Shown here one piece after another: positions 22,616 to 34,384 of a DNA stretch of 35,112 nucleotides (positions are counted from its first letter, which is position 1; every line of letters begins with the position of its first letter). The position numbers were made by a program, and so were the translations under genes. The notes under the pieces were generated by a model, which saw nothing but the letters and a program-made list of their open reading frames with translations, was not told the origin of the DNA and did not search any database. The DNA comes from Neovahlkampfia damariscottae (lineage: Eukaryota): the NCBI GenBank assembly GCA_016618085.1, contig JABLTG010000189.1, positions 1 through 35,112 on the forward strand. The letters are read 5' to 3'.

Positions 22616-23233
22616 TTAGTTTTTCAGCAAACTGATGATTCCATAAGTGAAAAATATTTCGCCAATGTTAGATGAATGAAATCTCAATTTTTCTGAAGCT
22701 GAAGCAGATAAGAACATAATCAATGAAGTAACAAATAGCAACTGGTTTCCTTTGAAAAACCAAATCAAGCTTCCAAGAATCAATGTTGAAATATTTAACG
22801 TAATCATTGGAATGATATCTTTGAAAGAGGCTTTTGGTTTTCTAATATATCTGGTGAAGTTCTTATCACCTGAATCTATAATTTGAATTCTTAGAAATTC
22901 GAAAAATCCTTCAATTGAAAAAAATATTGAAACAACAAAAATGAATGATTTTGACAGTGAACTGTATTCATCAAATAAATTTCCAATTGGAAAAAATAAC
23001 GTCGGTGCGACTGTCATATGCAAAAAAAACCTTATTTGATTCAAATATTTCAAGTATTTTGTTGGTTGTAAAAACACACCAAGATATAAAGTGAAATTAT
23101 CTAAAATGAGTCCTAGCTCTTGTATTATCAATAGAATTTTGTCTACTGGATCTGATATAGTAAAACAAGAATAAAGAAGGTATATATGAGCAATAGTTGA
23201 AATCAAAAAAATTTGATTTAGCAGTGATGTCAT
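22616..23233 (-). CDS. Uncharacterised multi-pass membrane protein
   Basis: Intronless ORF of about 205 aa with several hydrophobic segments; CCAAT upstream. Confidence 0.7.
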   Translation of the reverse strand: MTSLLNQIFLISTIAHIYLLYSCFTISDPVDKILLIIQELGLILDNFTLYLGVFLQPTKYLKYLNQIRFFLHMTVAPTLFFPIGNLFDEYSSLSKSFIFVVSIFFSIEGFFEFLRIQIIDSGDKNFTRYIRKPKASFKDIIPMITLNISTLILGSLIWFFKGNQLLFVTSLIMFLSASASEKLRFHSSNIGEIFFTYGIISLLKN

Positions 23234-23628
23234 GAACAAGAAACAAATTTCCGTTTTTTCCGATTGGACAAAAGTTAAGAACTTTCAATTAATTGCATAA
23301 TACACTCGTACTTTTTCTTCTAAAAAACACCCTTATGAAAGGATTTTCATTGGTCAATATATTCTATTTTTGTGTTCACCATGAACGATTTTCAACTTTA
23401 GTTGAACATTTGGATAATATTCAATCCATTTTGACAAATTTTTTTAAAAAACAAAATCAATCCTTCTTTGTTGAATTTTACATGAATAATCTAACCTTAA
23501 TAACATTATACATGTTTTTGTATTGTGATAATCTTTACATTTTTCATTGGTTCTTTTGAATTCTAATTTTGAGCTAAATCCAACAAGAAAACCTTTTCAA
23601 AGAGTTTGAAGATGGCAATACCAACATG

Positions 23629-24675
23629 TTATTCAAAATGAAAAAATCCTGGAATAAAAATCATATTTTCAAATGATTTTTTATTTTTAGACACTAAAAA
23701 ATCAAACATAAACTTTAAAATGCTTTGATCAGCAATAAGAAAAACCAACTTTATTGGATAATGTTTTTGTGATTCAATAAGAGCTGATTTTAACACTTTC
23801 TTTAAAGCAATATTACCAACAGCAATTGGAACAAGAAATGTGTCACCTGGACCTGAATTTTTGTGAATTGAATTTGAGTGAAGAATTAAAGTTTGAATTT
23901 TGTTAGAAATTTGTGTTTCCATTTGAACAACACTTAAGATTTCAAATGATTCAAATATTTCAGACATCATAATGAAAAAAACATTTATTTTTATCTCATT
24001 TACAACTAGTTTGAAAATCATTCGCATTCCATGCCACATTGCTGATTGATTAAGATATTGTTGAAATTTGGCTTTATTATAGATGTCAAAGTTATCAGGA
24101 GCTTTTACAACATTATTTGGGTTTTTTGTAAGAAAAACATCTATTTCTTTTAAAACTCCATCATACAAAACCCTAAATTACTCGATAAATAGTGCGATCA
24201 TAAGGAATAATTCTAAAATACTTTAAAAATGGTAAAGCAGAAGCACCAACACTAGCACTTTTTATCATATTGTCTATCGTCTTTTGGGGAACATTTTTAG
24301 TTAGGTTTCAACTAGCAATAATTGAAGAAACTAATAACTTTAAAAAGATTTGAACATGATTCAGTAATGTGTTCAAAGATATTTGGACAAAACATTTCAT
24401 TTATACCAATAATATCATTGTCTTTTGTTGAAACAAATTTTAAGTGATTAATTGTTGTAATTTCTCCATGAACATCAAATAAAAAATCTCTCACTGATCT
24501 TCCAGCTAGTGTTTTTTTATCATTTTCAATTTTTTTTAATGTTTTTTAATTTAGAAATTGATTTTTTCTGATTTTCAATAATTTCTAAATGTTTTTTTCT
24601 TTCAGTTTGAAAAAATAATGCTTGATTCTGAATAGTTTGTTAAAGATTTGTTCTTTCTTTTTTTTCAGTTGACAT
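23629..24675 (-). pseudogene. Uncharacterised gene, 5' half apparently disrupted
   Basis: Open 179-aa 3' segment. Upstream segments have in-frame stops and frameshifts that I could not resolve with GT-AG introns. Confidence 0.4.
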
Positions 24676-24859
24676 AAAGTAATAACAATGTTAGCCAATC
24701 AAAAATTTTTTTTCGGCATTGGAAATTTGTTGGTTAATTTTTTACACTTCATCAAGCCAAAAGCTAAAATTTTACAGCAGCCCAGAAATATGCTTCCGAG
24801 GGATGAAAATGTTGTCAAAAAATTGTCAAAAATTTTCTTCATAAAATTTGACCAATAAA

Positions 24860-26421
24860 ATGGCTCTGGTAATACCAAGAAAACAAATGAAGCTGAAAAA
24901 ATACGAAAAGAATTTATAGGAGATATTTTTAGATAAGAAACATCGTTTCATAAGGGTGTCCAAAAAAACCTTTTTCAAAAGAATCATCCAATCATTTGAT
25001 TATTTTTGAACAATTAAACCATTTCAGAAGAAGAGCTCAAAAAGCAAAACAAAGCAAAACAGAAAGACAACTTCTTTGTGTATTGGATTCTATTTCTACA
25101 AGGAATTGGTATTCTATTTCCATGGAATTCCTATGTAATTGCTTCTGAGTATTTTGTAACACAAAAAAAAACGACTAAAAAAATTAAGTTAGGAGTTTAT
25201 AAAGATCCACAAATCCAAAATTATTTCACTGTTGCTTATTCCTATCCAAATATTTTCTTTTTGCTTTTAATGTTGTTCATTGGTAAGAAATTACCACTCA
25301 CAATGACGTTTGTCATTTGTTGTGTTGTTGTTATTATTTCACTTGTTTCGATACCTATATTGGGTTTTTTAAGAATACAAGATTATCCTCAAATTGGATT
25401 TCCGATAACCATTGTTTTGTTGGTTTTTTTAGGGACTTGTAATGCAATCATACGTTTGCCTTTAAACCTTTTTTTTTTACGTCTTAGAATCAATGGTAAA
25501 TGGTTTAGCAGCAGTTTTAGGACCTTCTTATTTGGTTTTTTCAAGTTTTTTTTTTCTTAATTTTTTTTGAAGGGCAATTCTATTAGAGGTGTTGGATTTT
25601 CAGGGTTATTCTCTTCAGTACTGAGAATTTTGACAAAATATATTGGTGAATACGGAGGTCATATACCCAACATAGAAGAATCAACAGTTGCTGTTGCTGC
25701 CTTTTTTTTCACATGTGCCTTCATCATGTTATTGTGCTTAATTTCATTCGTCTATATGATCAATACCCAATTTGTCATTCAAAAATTAAAAATAGTTTTG
25801 AAGCGATTTTATTAATATTTTTAAAGAGTGAAAGAGATAAAGATGGGGATATTGAAGATACTTCACATTATTCGAATTTAATGAAGCTTTGGAGTATCAC
25901 AAAAAAAATATGGACTTTAGAGTTTTATTTATTGAGTATTTTGTTGGTGACATATTCTGTATTTCCGGGAACCATTTTTTATTTCAAAAGTCAACAAGGA
26001 AAAGATAGTTTGATGCAGAATTGGTTTCCGGTTCTCCTTGGTTTTTTCTATTATCTTGGTGATTTCATTGGTCGTTCAGTGGGAAAATCGATGCCAACAA
26101 AAGAAATTAGAATTGGTATTGGATCAATAATGAGACTAATTTTCATACCTATGATTTTAGTTTGCATAAAACCAAGGTTTTAATTGTGGTTTTTCTAATG
26201 TTTTCACTAGATTGATTGTTGATGATTTTTTGGTAATTTCTTTGATTTTTGGTTTGAGTTTCACTCAAGGTTATTTTTTGACATCTGCAATGATCAATGC
26301 TCCTGGAAAATGTGAAGGAAATGAAAAATCTTTAGCTTCTCAAATGATGACATTTTTCTTATGTTTTGGAATCATGAATGGATCAAATCTAGGAGTGCTA
26401 TTGTCTCAAATTTACACATAA
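24860..26421 (+). CDS. Equilibrative nucleoside transporter (ENT); 5' exons unresolved
   Basis: LQGIGILFPWNSYV.ASEYF, TYSVFPG, GDFIGR, RLIFIP, FTQGY, GIMNGS; at least 5 tiny introns. Confidence 0.88.
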
Positions 26422-26523
26422 ATATATTTTCAATATTAGATTATCCGGAAATGAAACACCAAAATAAACTTTGATTGTAGACTTCACAATACAAATCTTA
26501 TTTGGAAAGAATGAAACCTGATT

Positions 26524-27222
26524 TTATTTTTCACGTTTTTTTTCAAAAATAGGTTGATTAGCCCATGTTAATTCTTCTTGATCATAATATTTTCGATCAA
26601 TTTTTTTTCCAGTTAAAAAATAAATCTTTTCTTCTATTGCCTTCAATTCTGATTCTTTTCTCAAAGTTGGAACCCAAAATTTGACAAGTGATTTCATTGC
26701 ATTAGGTAATTGATTATTTTGAAATATTTCAACAACAAAATGATCCAACAATGGATATTTATAATGTTCAAATCCAACCAATCCAAGACTCTTTAGAATT
26801 CTCGTAATTCTCAAATAATTGTGAAAAGAACTGTTCAGATTATGATATCTATTTTTATAATTCATTTCATTTCTCGAAATTAAACCTCTTTTTTCATCAA
26901 TCAATTTCAACCCATAAAAATCGAGAATGAGTTTATATGACATTATGAATTTTTGTTGTAATTTTGGATCTTTTTTGAATAATTCAGATTCATATTTTGA
27001 TAATGGTTGAGCTTGATCATTCATACCACCTTCACGAATTGGAAATAACCATTGAATGTAACCATGACCAACTTCTAAAAATTTATATTTTCCAAACCAT
27101 CTTTTATGAATATTATCAATAGTTTCGTTATCAGGTTTACATTTTATTTTTCCAGAGTAAAAGTTATAATTATCTAAACTGGTTGTATCGTCTTCTGGAA
27201 TTGCTCCTGCTCTATTACCCAT
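26524..27222 (-). CDS. Opioid growth factor receptor-like (OGFr_N domain) protein
   Basis: LEVGHGYIQWLFP, ILDFYG, HNYLRITRILKSL; starts MGN. Confidence 0.92.
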   Translation of the reverse strand: MGNRAGAIPEDDTTSLDNYNFYSGKIKCKPDNETIDNIHKRWFGKYKFLEVGHGYIQWLFPIREGGMNDQAQPLSKYESELFKKDPKLQQKFIMSYKLILDFYGLKLIDEKRGLISRNEMNYKNRYHNLNSSFHNYLRITRILKSLGLVGFEHYKYPLLDHFVVEIFQNNQLPNAMKSLVKFWVPTLRKESELKAIEEKIYFLTGKKIDRKYYDQEELTWANQPIFEKKREK

Positions 27223-27300
27223 TACACTGTTTTCACAAAGGAATTTTATTGGTTGGTTGAAAAGAGTCAAATTTGAAGGTTTAAAAAGAATTTTTCAATT

Positions 27301-27362
27301 TTATTTTTCAAATTTTTAACTTCAAATTTGATTTGATTTCGTCAAAAATTATCATTCAATAA
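27301..27362 (-). promoter_or_regulatory. Type II SECIS element in the SPS2 3' UTR
   Basis: AUGAU core (27355-27351), 10-bp helix AAUUUUUGAC/GUUAAAAAUU, unpaired GAAA, apical ministem UCAAAU/AUUUGA, 3' UGAA (27310-27307), lower helix UUAUU/AAUAA. Confidence 0.9.
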
Positions 27363-27380
27363 GGAAAATCAAAATTTTTT

Positions 27381-28658
27381 TCAAACCTCAATGATTTCAA
27401 CATTTTCAATTATTTTTGCTTTTTTAGATCCTTTAATAACTTTACCAATAATCCAAGCTGGTGAGTTATCCAATTGTTCAATTTCTTTACAGAAATTTTC
27501 TGCATTCTCTTTTGGTAAACAAATGAATAATCCTCCACTTGTTTCTGCTGAATATCCTTTTTTTAATCTGAACATATTATTCACAGTTTCATCTATTTTT
27601 ATCATGTGTTTGATTATAGGAAGCTTTTCAATCACAAAATCAACTTGTTGTTTTTGATTTTCAACTAAATTTGTTCCATGACCTAATATACCAAAACCAG
27701 TGACATCTGTACAACAATGTGCTTTATATTTGCTAAATAATGTTTTAAATATTATATTTGATTGCTCTTACTGCATTAATTTGGCTCCATTTTTATTTAA
27801 ACGAGACATGGAAAAAGATGATTTTTCATAGGCTTCAATAATATCTTCTTTTGAAATATTTTCTTTCAATATGTTTTCCAATTTTTTAACATCTTTATGT
27901 AACCATTCATGTGCATTTACAGAAACTTGAGTACCTAAAGGCTTTGTCAAAACAATTAAATCTCCATCTTCAGCATTTTCAGGTCTGATGAAATGTTCTT
28001 CTGAACAAACAGACATCGCAACACCTCCAAGAATAATAGCTTCATTTTGAACTGTTTGACCACCAGTAACTTCTGTTCCTGCTTCTGTAGCAACATCTAA
28101 AAAGAATATGAAAAAAAAAAAAATTTCACACCATTAAATCCTTGAATAATATTTCTTAGCATGACATCATTTTCTAATCTAGTCATTGTTCTACAAGAAG
28201 ATAATAACATCAACATATTATCACAATGTTCAACTCCAAGAGCATATAAATCACTTAACACATTACAAGCAGCAATTTTACCCTGAAATAAAAATTTAAA
28301 GATTTCTTACCATAATATATGGATCATCTACAAGAGGAAAAAAGAAATCAGTTGTTGAAACTTGATATAAATCTTTAAATTTTTGTAACGGAACAATTGA
28401 ACAATCCTGAAAAAAAATTAAAAACTGTTTTTGATACCATTCCTATTTTTCCTCCACCAAATCCCTCAAGCAGTTTTAGTAGACGTTCTTGAGGGATTTT
28501 ACAACCTAATTAAGTTTAAATCTTTTTATTTGTGATGTTACCTCACCCTTTTAAACGTGAATAATTGGTAAGCTTAAAGTCTTCAGGAAGACCTGTTGTT
28601 TGTTAATACTTTATGTTTTTTGTTTACCATGCTCTTCTGGTTTAAAATTTGAAGACAT
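27381..28658 (-). CDS. SPS2: Selenophosphate synthetase, selenoprotein form (Sec UGA at 28545-28543), 6 introns
   Basis: [82 protein letters not shown] downstream. Confidence 0.96.
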
Positions 28659-28752
28659 TACGAACCAATCGGAACTGTCGGGAAGAATTGGAAATTTAAA
28701 TAAATTTACCAAATTTAGTTCTGTATTGAAGTTGAAATTTTATTATTTAACA

Positions 28753-28869
28753 AGAGTTACATACATAACTCAGAAAAAATTATGAGGTTGATTCACATAC
28801 TGAGACGTTAAACCTGGCATCGTTAGTAAAAGGCGAAAGATGCGCTTTTGTCTAACCTCCTAAGTGAAT
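28753..28869 (-). ncRNA. U5: U5 spliceosomal snRNA
   Basis: Invariant loop I CGCCUUUUACU closed by GCAUC/GAUGC; stems AUUCAC/GUGAAU and GUUAGAC/GUUUAAC; Sm site AAUUUUUUCUG; 3' hairpin; about 117 nt. Confidence 0.95.
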
Positions 28870-28895
28870 GACTGATTTACCTAAACTTTCTTTCC

Positions 28896-28905
28896 TTTAT
28901 AAATA
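28896..28905 (-). promoter_or_regulatory. TATA-like box about 30 nt upstream of U5
   Basis: TATTTATAAA at -27 to -36; the AT-rich background weakens the call. Confidence 0.45.
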
Positions 28906-29056
28906 ACTATGGAACAAAACAACAAAATGAAAAACTTTATGGGTTTGTGAAGAAAGATTGGTTGAAAAATAGGAGCAATTGATTGGTTGCGAATTTTAAA
29001 CCCCTAAAAAAAATCCTACAGTCTGTTCATATTCACTTTAATTCAATTATAATTAA

Positions 29057-29138
29057 GGCAGTTTGGTCGAGTGGTCTAAGACGTAAGACTCAAGTTCTTA
29101 TTCCTTCGGGAGCGCGGGTTCAAATCCCGCAGCTGTCA
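29057..29138 (+). tRNA. tRNA-Leu(CAA)
   Basis: Acceptor GGCAGTT/AGCTGTC, anticodon arm TAAGA-CTCAAGT-TCTTA, long variable arm, T arm GCGGG-TTCAAAT-CCCGC; T6 just downstream. Confidence 0.97.
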
Positions 29139-29680
29139 AATTTTTTGCAAAATTTCCAAGCACTTTTGAGTTTCTCGTTTTCTGGAAGCATCCTCTTATT
29201 TCCAACTGAATTGTGCTCCAATGATACATTTTTTTTTAAAGAAAAATTTATTGTGAAGTCAATTCTCTACTGAGACTTCATCTGAGTGAGAGATTTGACT
29301 GAAGCAATATATTATTCTCCAATTGGTGTGTTGAATTGTGCAATTACTATTTTTTTTAAGTTCAATTGCAACTAAAGCCAAAAATTTAAGTGGGTACAAA
29401 AAAATTCTCCTGGCCAATAAAAAATTCTATTTTTGTAAAATTCTCAAATGCATTTGCTTAAGCAAAAATATTGAAACTCGTGTATTCTATTTCTCTTTGA
29501 ATGAAGATTGTTTTGAAGCATTGTATGAACAAAGTGGTCTTTTTGAAGAACCTAATTCTTGTAAAGTGTTAGTTTTTACAGATGTGTTGTTTGAATTTTC
29601 TAAAACTTCTGATAGTAAACTCCAATAATAAATCAGTATTGCAACCAATCAATTAGATTTATTTTTCTTGGACCGAAACA

Positions 29681-30721
29681 ATGAGTGACGAAACAAAAAA
29701 TGAAACTGAAGTAAAAAAAGATACAACAGAAAAAATTACAAAAGAAAAAGAAACAAATGCTTTTGAAAAAGTTAAAGTCTTCACTTCTCAACTTGGAAAT
29801 GCAAACACTGGAGAATTATACAAAAAATTAGAACCTGTAATCAACGTACTGTCATCTTGCTTAAATACAGTTGCTCCTTATATTGTAAATACCGTAAATT
29901 CATGTAAGAAAGTTTATAATTCACTTCCGCTTGATTTTGTTTTCGCATTTGTTGGACTAATATTAGCTTTCTTTGGAGGAAGTTTTGCTGCTTTAATTGC
30001 AGGTATTGAAGCTATGGGACAAGCTGGTTTTGAAAAAGTCTATCAAAATATTCTTTACATTTATAAAGAAACTGAAGACGTTATTGAAGCATCAAAAAAA
30101 GATGACAGCTTAGATGAAAATAATGATGGTGTTGCTGATGTTCTTCAAATTACAGTTAAAGAACTTTTTACAAGAAAACTCAAACTTTTCTTTGCTTCAG
30201 TTGATGATCCTCAACAAGTTTTAAATTGTTTTTATGATATTACAGCATTATTTTCAGCAGCACTTTGTGTTTTAAAAATTGAATTTGCAAAAGTTATTTC
30301 TTTAGGAGCTACAATTGGAAATCAAATGATTAAATTATCAACACCAATTTTAACTCCTGTTATTTGCTCAATTTTACCAAAACAATATCAACAATGGATA
30401 GCTCCAGTTATAGAAATGGTTTGTAAAGCTATTGCCATTTCAATTGCATGGTTTATTCAAAGAGTAATTTCATCAGTTCAAAGTGGAGTAAGAGGTGGTC
30501 TTATGTTTTCAAGAAGAATGTTAAAGTATGGCAATGATCAAGGATACTTCAAATTCAATGAAGAAGAAAGTTATTTAGATGAAATTATTGGATGGACTGT
30601 TGCTGCAATTGGAATTTATGTTCAAATTCGTCTTGGTTTTTCACTTCCATTTCCTTTGAATGTACTTTTGTTTCCATTTTCATTTGCTGAAAATACAATC
30701 GTTTGGTGTATTTCAGAATAA
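29681..30721 (+). CDS. Uncharacterised multi-pass membrane protein with an EF-loop-like DENNDGVADV motif
   Basis: Intronless 346 aa with hydrophobic segments; CCAAT at 29645. Confidence 0.8.
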   Translation: MSDETKNETEVKKDTTEKITKEKETNAFEKVKVFTSQLGNANTGELYKKLEPVINVLSSCLNTVAPYIVNTVNSCKKVYNSLPLDFVFAFVGLILAFFGGSFAALIAGIEAMGQAGFEKVYQNILYIYKETEDVIEASKKDDSLDENNDGVADVLQITVKELFTRKLKLFFASVDDPQQVLNCFYDITALFSAALCVLKIEFAKVISLGATIGNQMIKLSTPILTPVICSILPKQYQQWIAPVIEMVCKAIAISIAWFIQRVISSVQSGVRGGLMFSRRMLKYGNDQGYFKFNEEESYLDEIIGWTVAAIGIYVQIRLGFSLPFPLNVLLFPFSFAENTIVWCISE

Positions 30722-30749
30722 AATTGTTTTTTTTTAACAAAAGACCATT

Positions 30750-31833
30750 TTACGTTGAATGATTTATTAAATTGAATCCAGGACAATTTGAGGTGTTTGG
30801 ATTGTTGTTTTCAATTTCCACACCTTCCATTTTAAAAGTACAATGAGCAATATTACATTGACCAGGTCCTCCAAAGTTTGCTGTATTCTCATGAATTCTA
30901 CCAGAATATATTTCTAATTTCCCAATTCCACAATAAAATCCACCACCAACAAATGCTCTATTTCCAATTAAATCAATGCCAGTAGCTTTCACATGAGAAT
31001 TCTCACTCACATAAAGACCAGATCCATAAGTAACATCACCTTTTAAATTTCTTTGTGATTTTATATTTAATAATGTTCCATTCGCTCGTTGAATGATAAA
31101 ACCATTTTGTGAATCAGTTACTGATGATTGAAAAATTTGAAATTCTTTTATAGTGTCGATAGAAATTCCACATGAATTTTTTTTTCGACAATATTTAATA
31201 TTTGATACAGATGTATCAACTATTACCAATTTATTTGAATTTTTGATTTTAATTCCAGTTACAGTGTTGGATAAAACAACTTGATCTAAAATTATCAAAT
31301 TTGTTGGTTTTTCTGAGTTAATAGTGATTCCACCTGTTATATCTACATTTAATTTTGACATTTTTACTTCTTTTTTCACGTTTGTAATTTTAATAACATC
31401 ACCTTTTTATAAAATAAACATTTTTGAAAAAAATTATTTTACCTTTTGAAAGTCCAAATTGAATCTTTTTTAGATTGATTATATCATTACCCATGAATTC
31501 TAGAGTATTTCCATTTCTTGATTCTAAGTTTATTGACTCAAATGAAAAGGAATTTGAGGTTATAAAGAAACTACCAGACAACAGTGGAGTTGATCCTTTT
31601 GAAGGTAATCCAATAATACTTATAGACTTTTTTATAGTCATTTTGTTAAAGTTATAGATTCCAATTTCAATAAAAAGTCTATCTCCGTCTTGTAGAGATG
31701 AAATACCTTTTTGGAACGTAGCAAATGGATCATCTCTTATCCCAGTATTAGTATCATCACCTCTGTTCTGAGAAACCCACCAATCTCTTGAAGCTACAAA
31801 ACAGACAAAAACAAAAAACAGGAAAATTCTCAT
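30750..31833 (-). CDS. Secreted right-handed beta-helix (pectin lyase-like fold) protein, 1 intron
   Basis: Signal peptide MRIFLFFVFVCFVAS, WWVSQNRGDDTNTG..DPFATFQKGI, N-rich GGG repeats. Confidence 0.75.
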
Positions 31834-31881
31834 TTGGAGAGAAGATTTTGATTGGAGAAAATTTTTGACCAACAAAAAAAC

Positions 31882-33864
31882 ATGGAAGAAAAAACTTCGT
31901 CAGGAATTCAAAAGAAGTTAAGACCGATGATTGACTTAATTGATGACTTGAGACAAAACGGTGTATCACATTTCATTGCTCTACCATCAATAGTTGTGGT
32001 TGGTGATCAATCTTCAGGTAAATCCTCAGTTATAGAATCTCTCTCTGGACTAGAACTTCCAAGAGGAATAGGATGTGTAACAAGATGTCCAATTATTATA
32101 CAAATGGTTCGTTCTTATGATAAAAAGAACGAAATTATTTTCAATGAACAATTGTTAAATTCATCTTCGGAATTACCAGATAAAATTTTAGAACTACAAG
32201 AAAAAATAACAGGAAATAAAAAAGGAATTTCTGATTCACCCATTAATATCAAAGTTTTTTCACCAGATGTTTATGATTTGACGTTAATTGATTTACCAGG
32301 TATAACAAGGTATTGTTTATGACATTTTTGATTTTTTTTTTTAAGAGTGCCTGTTGATGATCAACCAAAAGATATTTATGAGCAAATTACAACCATGATT
32401 GCTTCTTATATTCAAGATCCAAGAAGTATAATTTTGACTGTAGTTCCAGCAACTGTTGATATTTCAACAACAGAAGCAATTAAAATAGCTCATGAGTATG
32501 ATAAAAAAGGTGTCAGAACTGTTGGTGTTTTGACTAAAGTTGACCTTATGGACAGAGGAACAGATGCTTCACAAGTGTTAAAAAATAAGAGTCAAGTAAA
32601 ATTAGACCTAGGAATTATAGCAGTTAAAAATAGGAGTAAAGAAGACATTGATAACAAAAAAACATTAAATGAATCAAAAGAAACAGAAAAGAACTTTTTT
32701 GAAAATCATCCAATTTATAAGAAAATGACAAGTTTATGTGGAACTGAAAATCTCGCAGAATTATTATCAAAAATACTTAAAACGAGAATAGATGATGAAT
32801 TACCTTCTATTAAAAAAGAAATAGATGATAGATTGTTGACAATCAAAACAAAGCTCACTGAATTAGGTGAAGGAGTTCCAAAATCAGAAATTGAACAACA
32901 AAAGTTGATTTTTCGTATTGTTGAACAATTTTGCACTCAATTAAGGTTATTCATTGATGGAGAAGAAAAAATTTTGAATGACAAATTTGAAGGAAATCCA
33001 TCCAATGAACTTCATCAATTATTATTTGAATACGGACAAACAATCATCAAATCATCACCTGATTATTTTTCTGATAGTTACAGAAAAGAAATAAGAATTG
33101 AGTTGGATAAATCAAGAGGAAGAGAATTGTCCGGATTTTTACCATTTCGAGTTTTTACTAGAATTATTCATCGCCAATTAGAAGAGTTAGAAGAACCTTC
33201 TTTAGAATTACTTGATGATGTTTCATTATTCATTGAGACATTGATGAATAAAATCGCTGATGTCATGATTTTAAAATTTCCATTAGTCAAATCAGAAATG
33301 AAATCAATTTTCAATCAATTGATTGAAGAGAAGAAAAAATTAACAAATCAAATGGTAAAGGATGAAATCATCAAAGAAAAGTTTATTTTCACAAATAATC
33401 ATTATTATATGGACACCTTGAATAAAGTAAGAGCGAAGGAGATTTCGGAAATACAAGGTAAAAAATAATCTAATTTTAAGAAGATTTCAGAATCTGTTTT
33501 AGGAACTTCTTTTGTTGATAATTTTGATGATTTTACAAAAGAGATTCAGAATAAAATCTCACAAAAATTGAGTGTTGATAATCATGAACAAGAAGTAACT
33601 GACATGATTTGTCGATTACGTGCTTATTATAAAGTAGTTATGAAAAGATTAATGGACAGAGTACCTCAAACAATACATTATTATTTAGTTAATGGTATTT
33701 ATCAAGATATTCAATGGAAATTACAACCTTTAATGAATCTAGAAAAATGTTCGGAGTTATTGAAGGAAAATAATTTTGTTGAAGAATTGAGAGATAAATT
33801 GACCGAAGAAAAGGCAACTTTGGATAAAGCAAAACTGATCATAAAGAAATTGAGTTATTTTTAA
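31882..33864 (+). CDS. Dynamin-family GTPase, Mx/DRP4-like (introns 32309-32345 and 33458-33490)
   Basis: LPSIVVVGDQSSGKSSV, LPRGIGCVTRCP, LIDLPGITRVPVDDQPKDIYEQI, TKVD, SRGRELSGF, GED (RAYYKVVMKRLMDRVP); no PH or PRD domain. Confidence 0.93.
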
Positions 33865-33892
33865 TAAGAAATTTTTTTAATTTTGAATGTTG

Positions 33893-34017
33893 AGTTATAA
33901 CTTTACATACCAAGGTATACGACTGAAGATATCGCTAACCGGGATGTAAAGTGACGTTTGTATGGCATCTCATTTTTCCTACTGATCTCAAAGACCAACA
34001 AGCGAAATAGAGTGCGT
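33893..34017 (-). ncRNA. Probable box H/ACA snoRNA
   Basis: Two hairpins with internal pockets; H box AUACAA (33963-33958) 14 nt from pocket 1; AUA box (33898-33896) 15 nt from pocket 2. Confidence 0.72.
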
Positions 34018-34384
34018 GTTTAAAAAGTTATGAGTGCTCTGTGAAAACGAATTTCATTTCTCAAATTTTTTTTTTGGAATTCTCAAAATAAAATTATGGT
34101 AAAATCCAAGATTCTTTTGAAAAAATGTTCACGATTTAAACAAATATCTCATCTTTGAGGATTCATTCTTTCTGTGGATATCACAATGTTAAATTTTGAA
34201 TTGTGTTTTCATAAGATGAGAATTTGAATTGCTTTTCAATTGAAGACTTTCCTTCTAATTTCTCTATTTCTAGCAAAGAAGGAATGAACAATAGAAATTA
34301 TTTTATTTAATTTTAAACTATTATTTTATTGGTTGTCCGCCTTTTTTTATTCAATCAAAATCATACTTCAACATCAACGGAATA

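Noticed and set aside
24790..25030. Programmed frameshift at the ENT 5' end
   Set aside because: More simply an unresolved splice pattern or homopolymer error; needs cDNA.
28983..29273. 96-aa ORF (and the 64-aa ORF at 7308)
   Set aside because: Spurious frames running through tRNA or tRNA-like genes.
29150..29630. Possible gene between tRNA-Leu and the membrane protein
   Set aside because: Fragmentary frames on both strands and no recognisable product.
33458..33490. In-frame TAA in the Mx-like gene suggesting recoding or a pseudogene
   Set aside because: Removed by a 33-nt phase-1 GT-AG intron.
34020..34050. Shared upstream element (TTCACA...CATAA.TTTTT) between the snoRNA and U5
   Set aside because: Short AT-rich match at different distances from the two starts; not distinguishable from chance.
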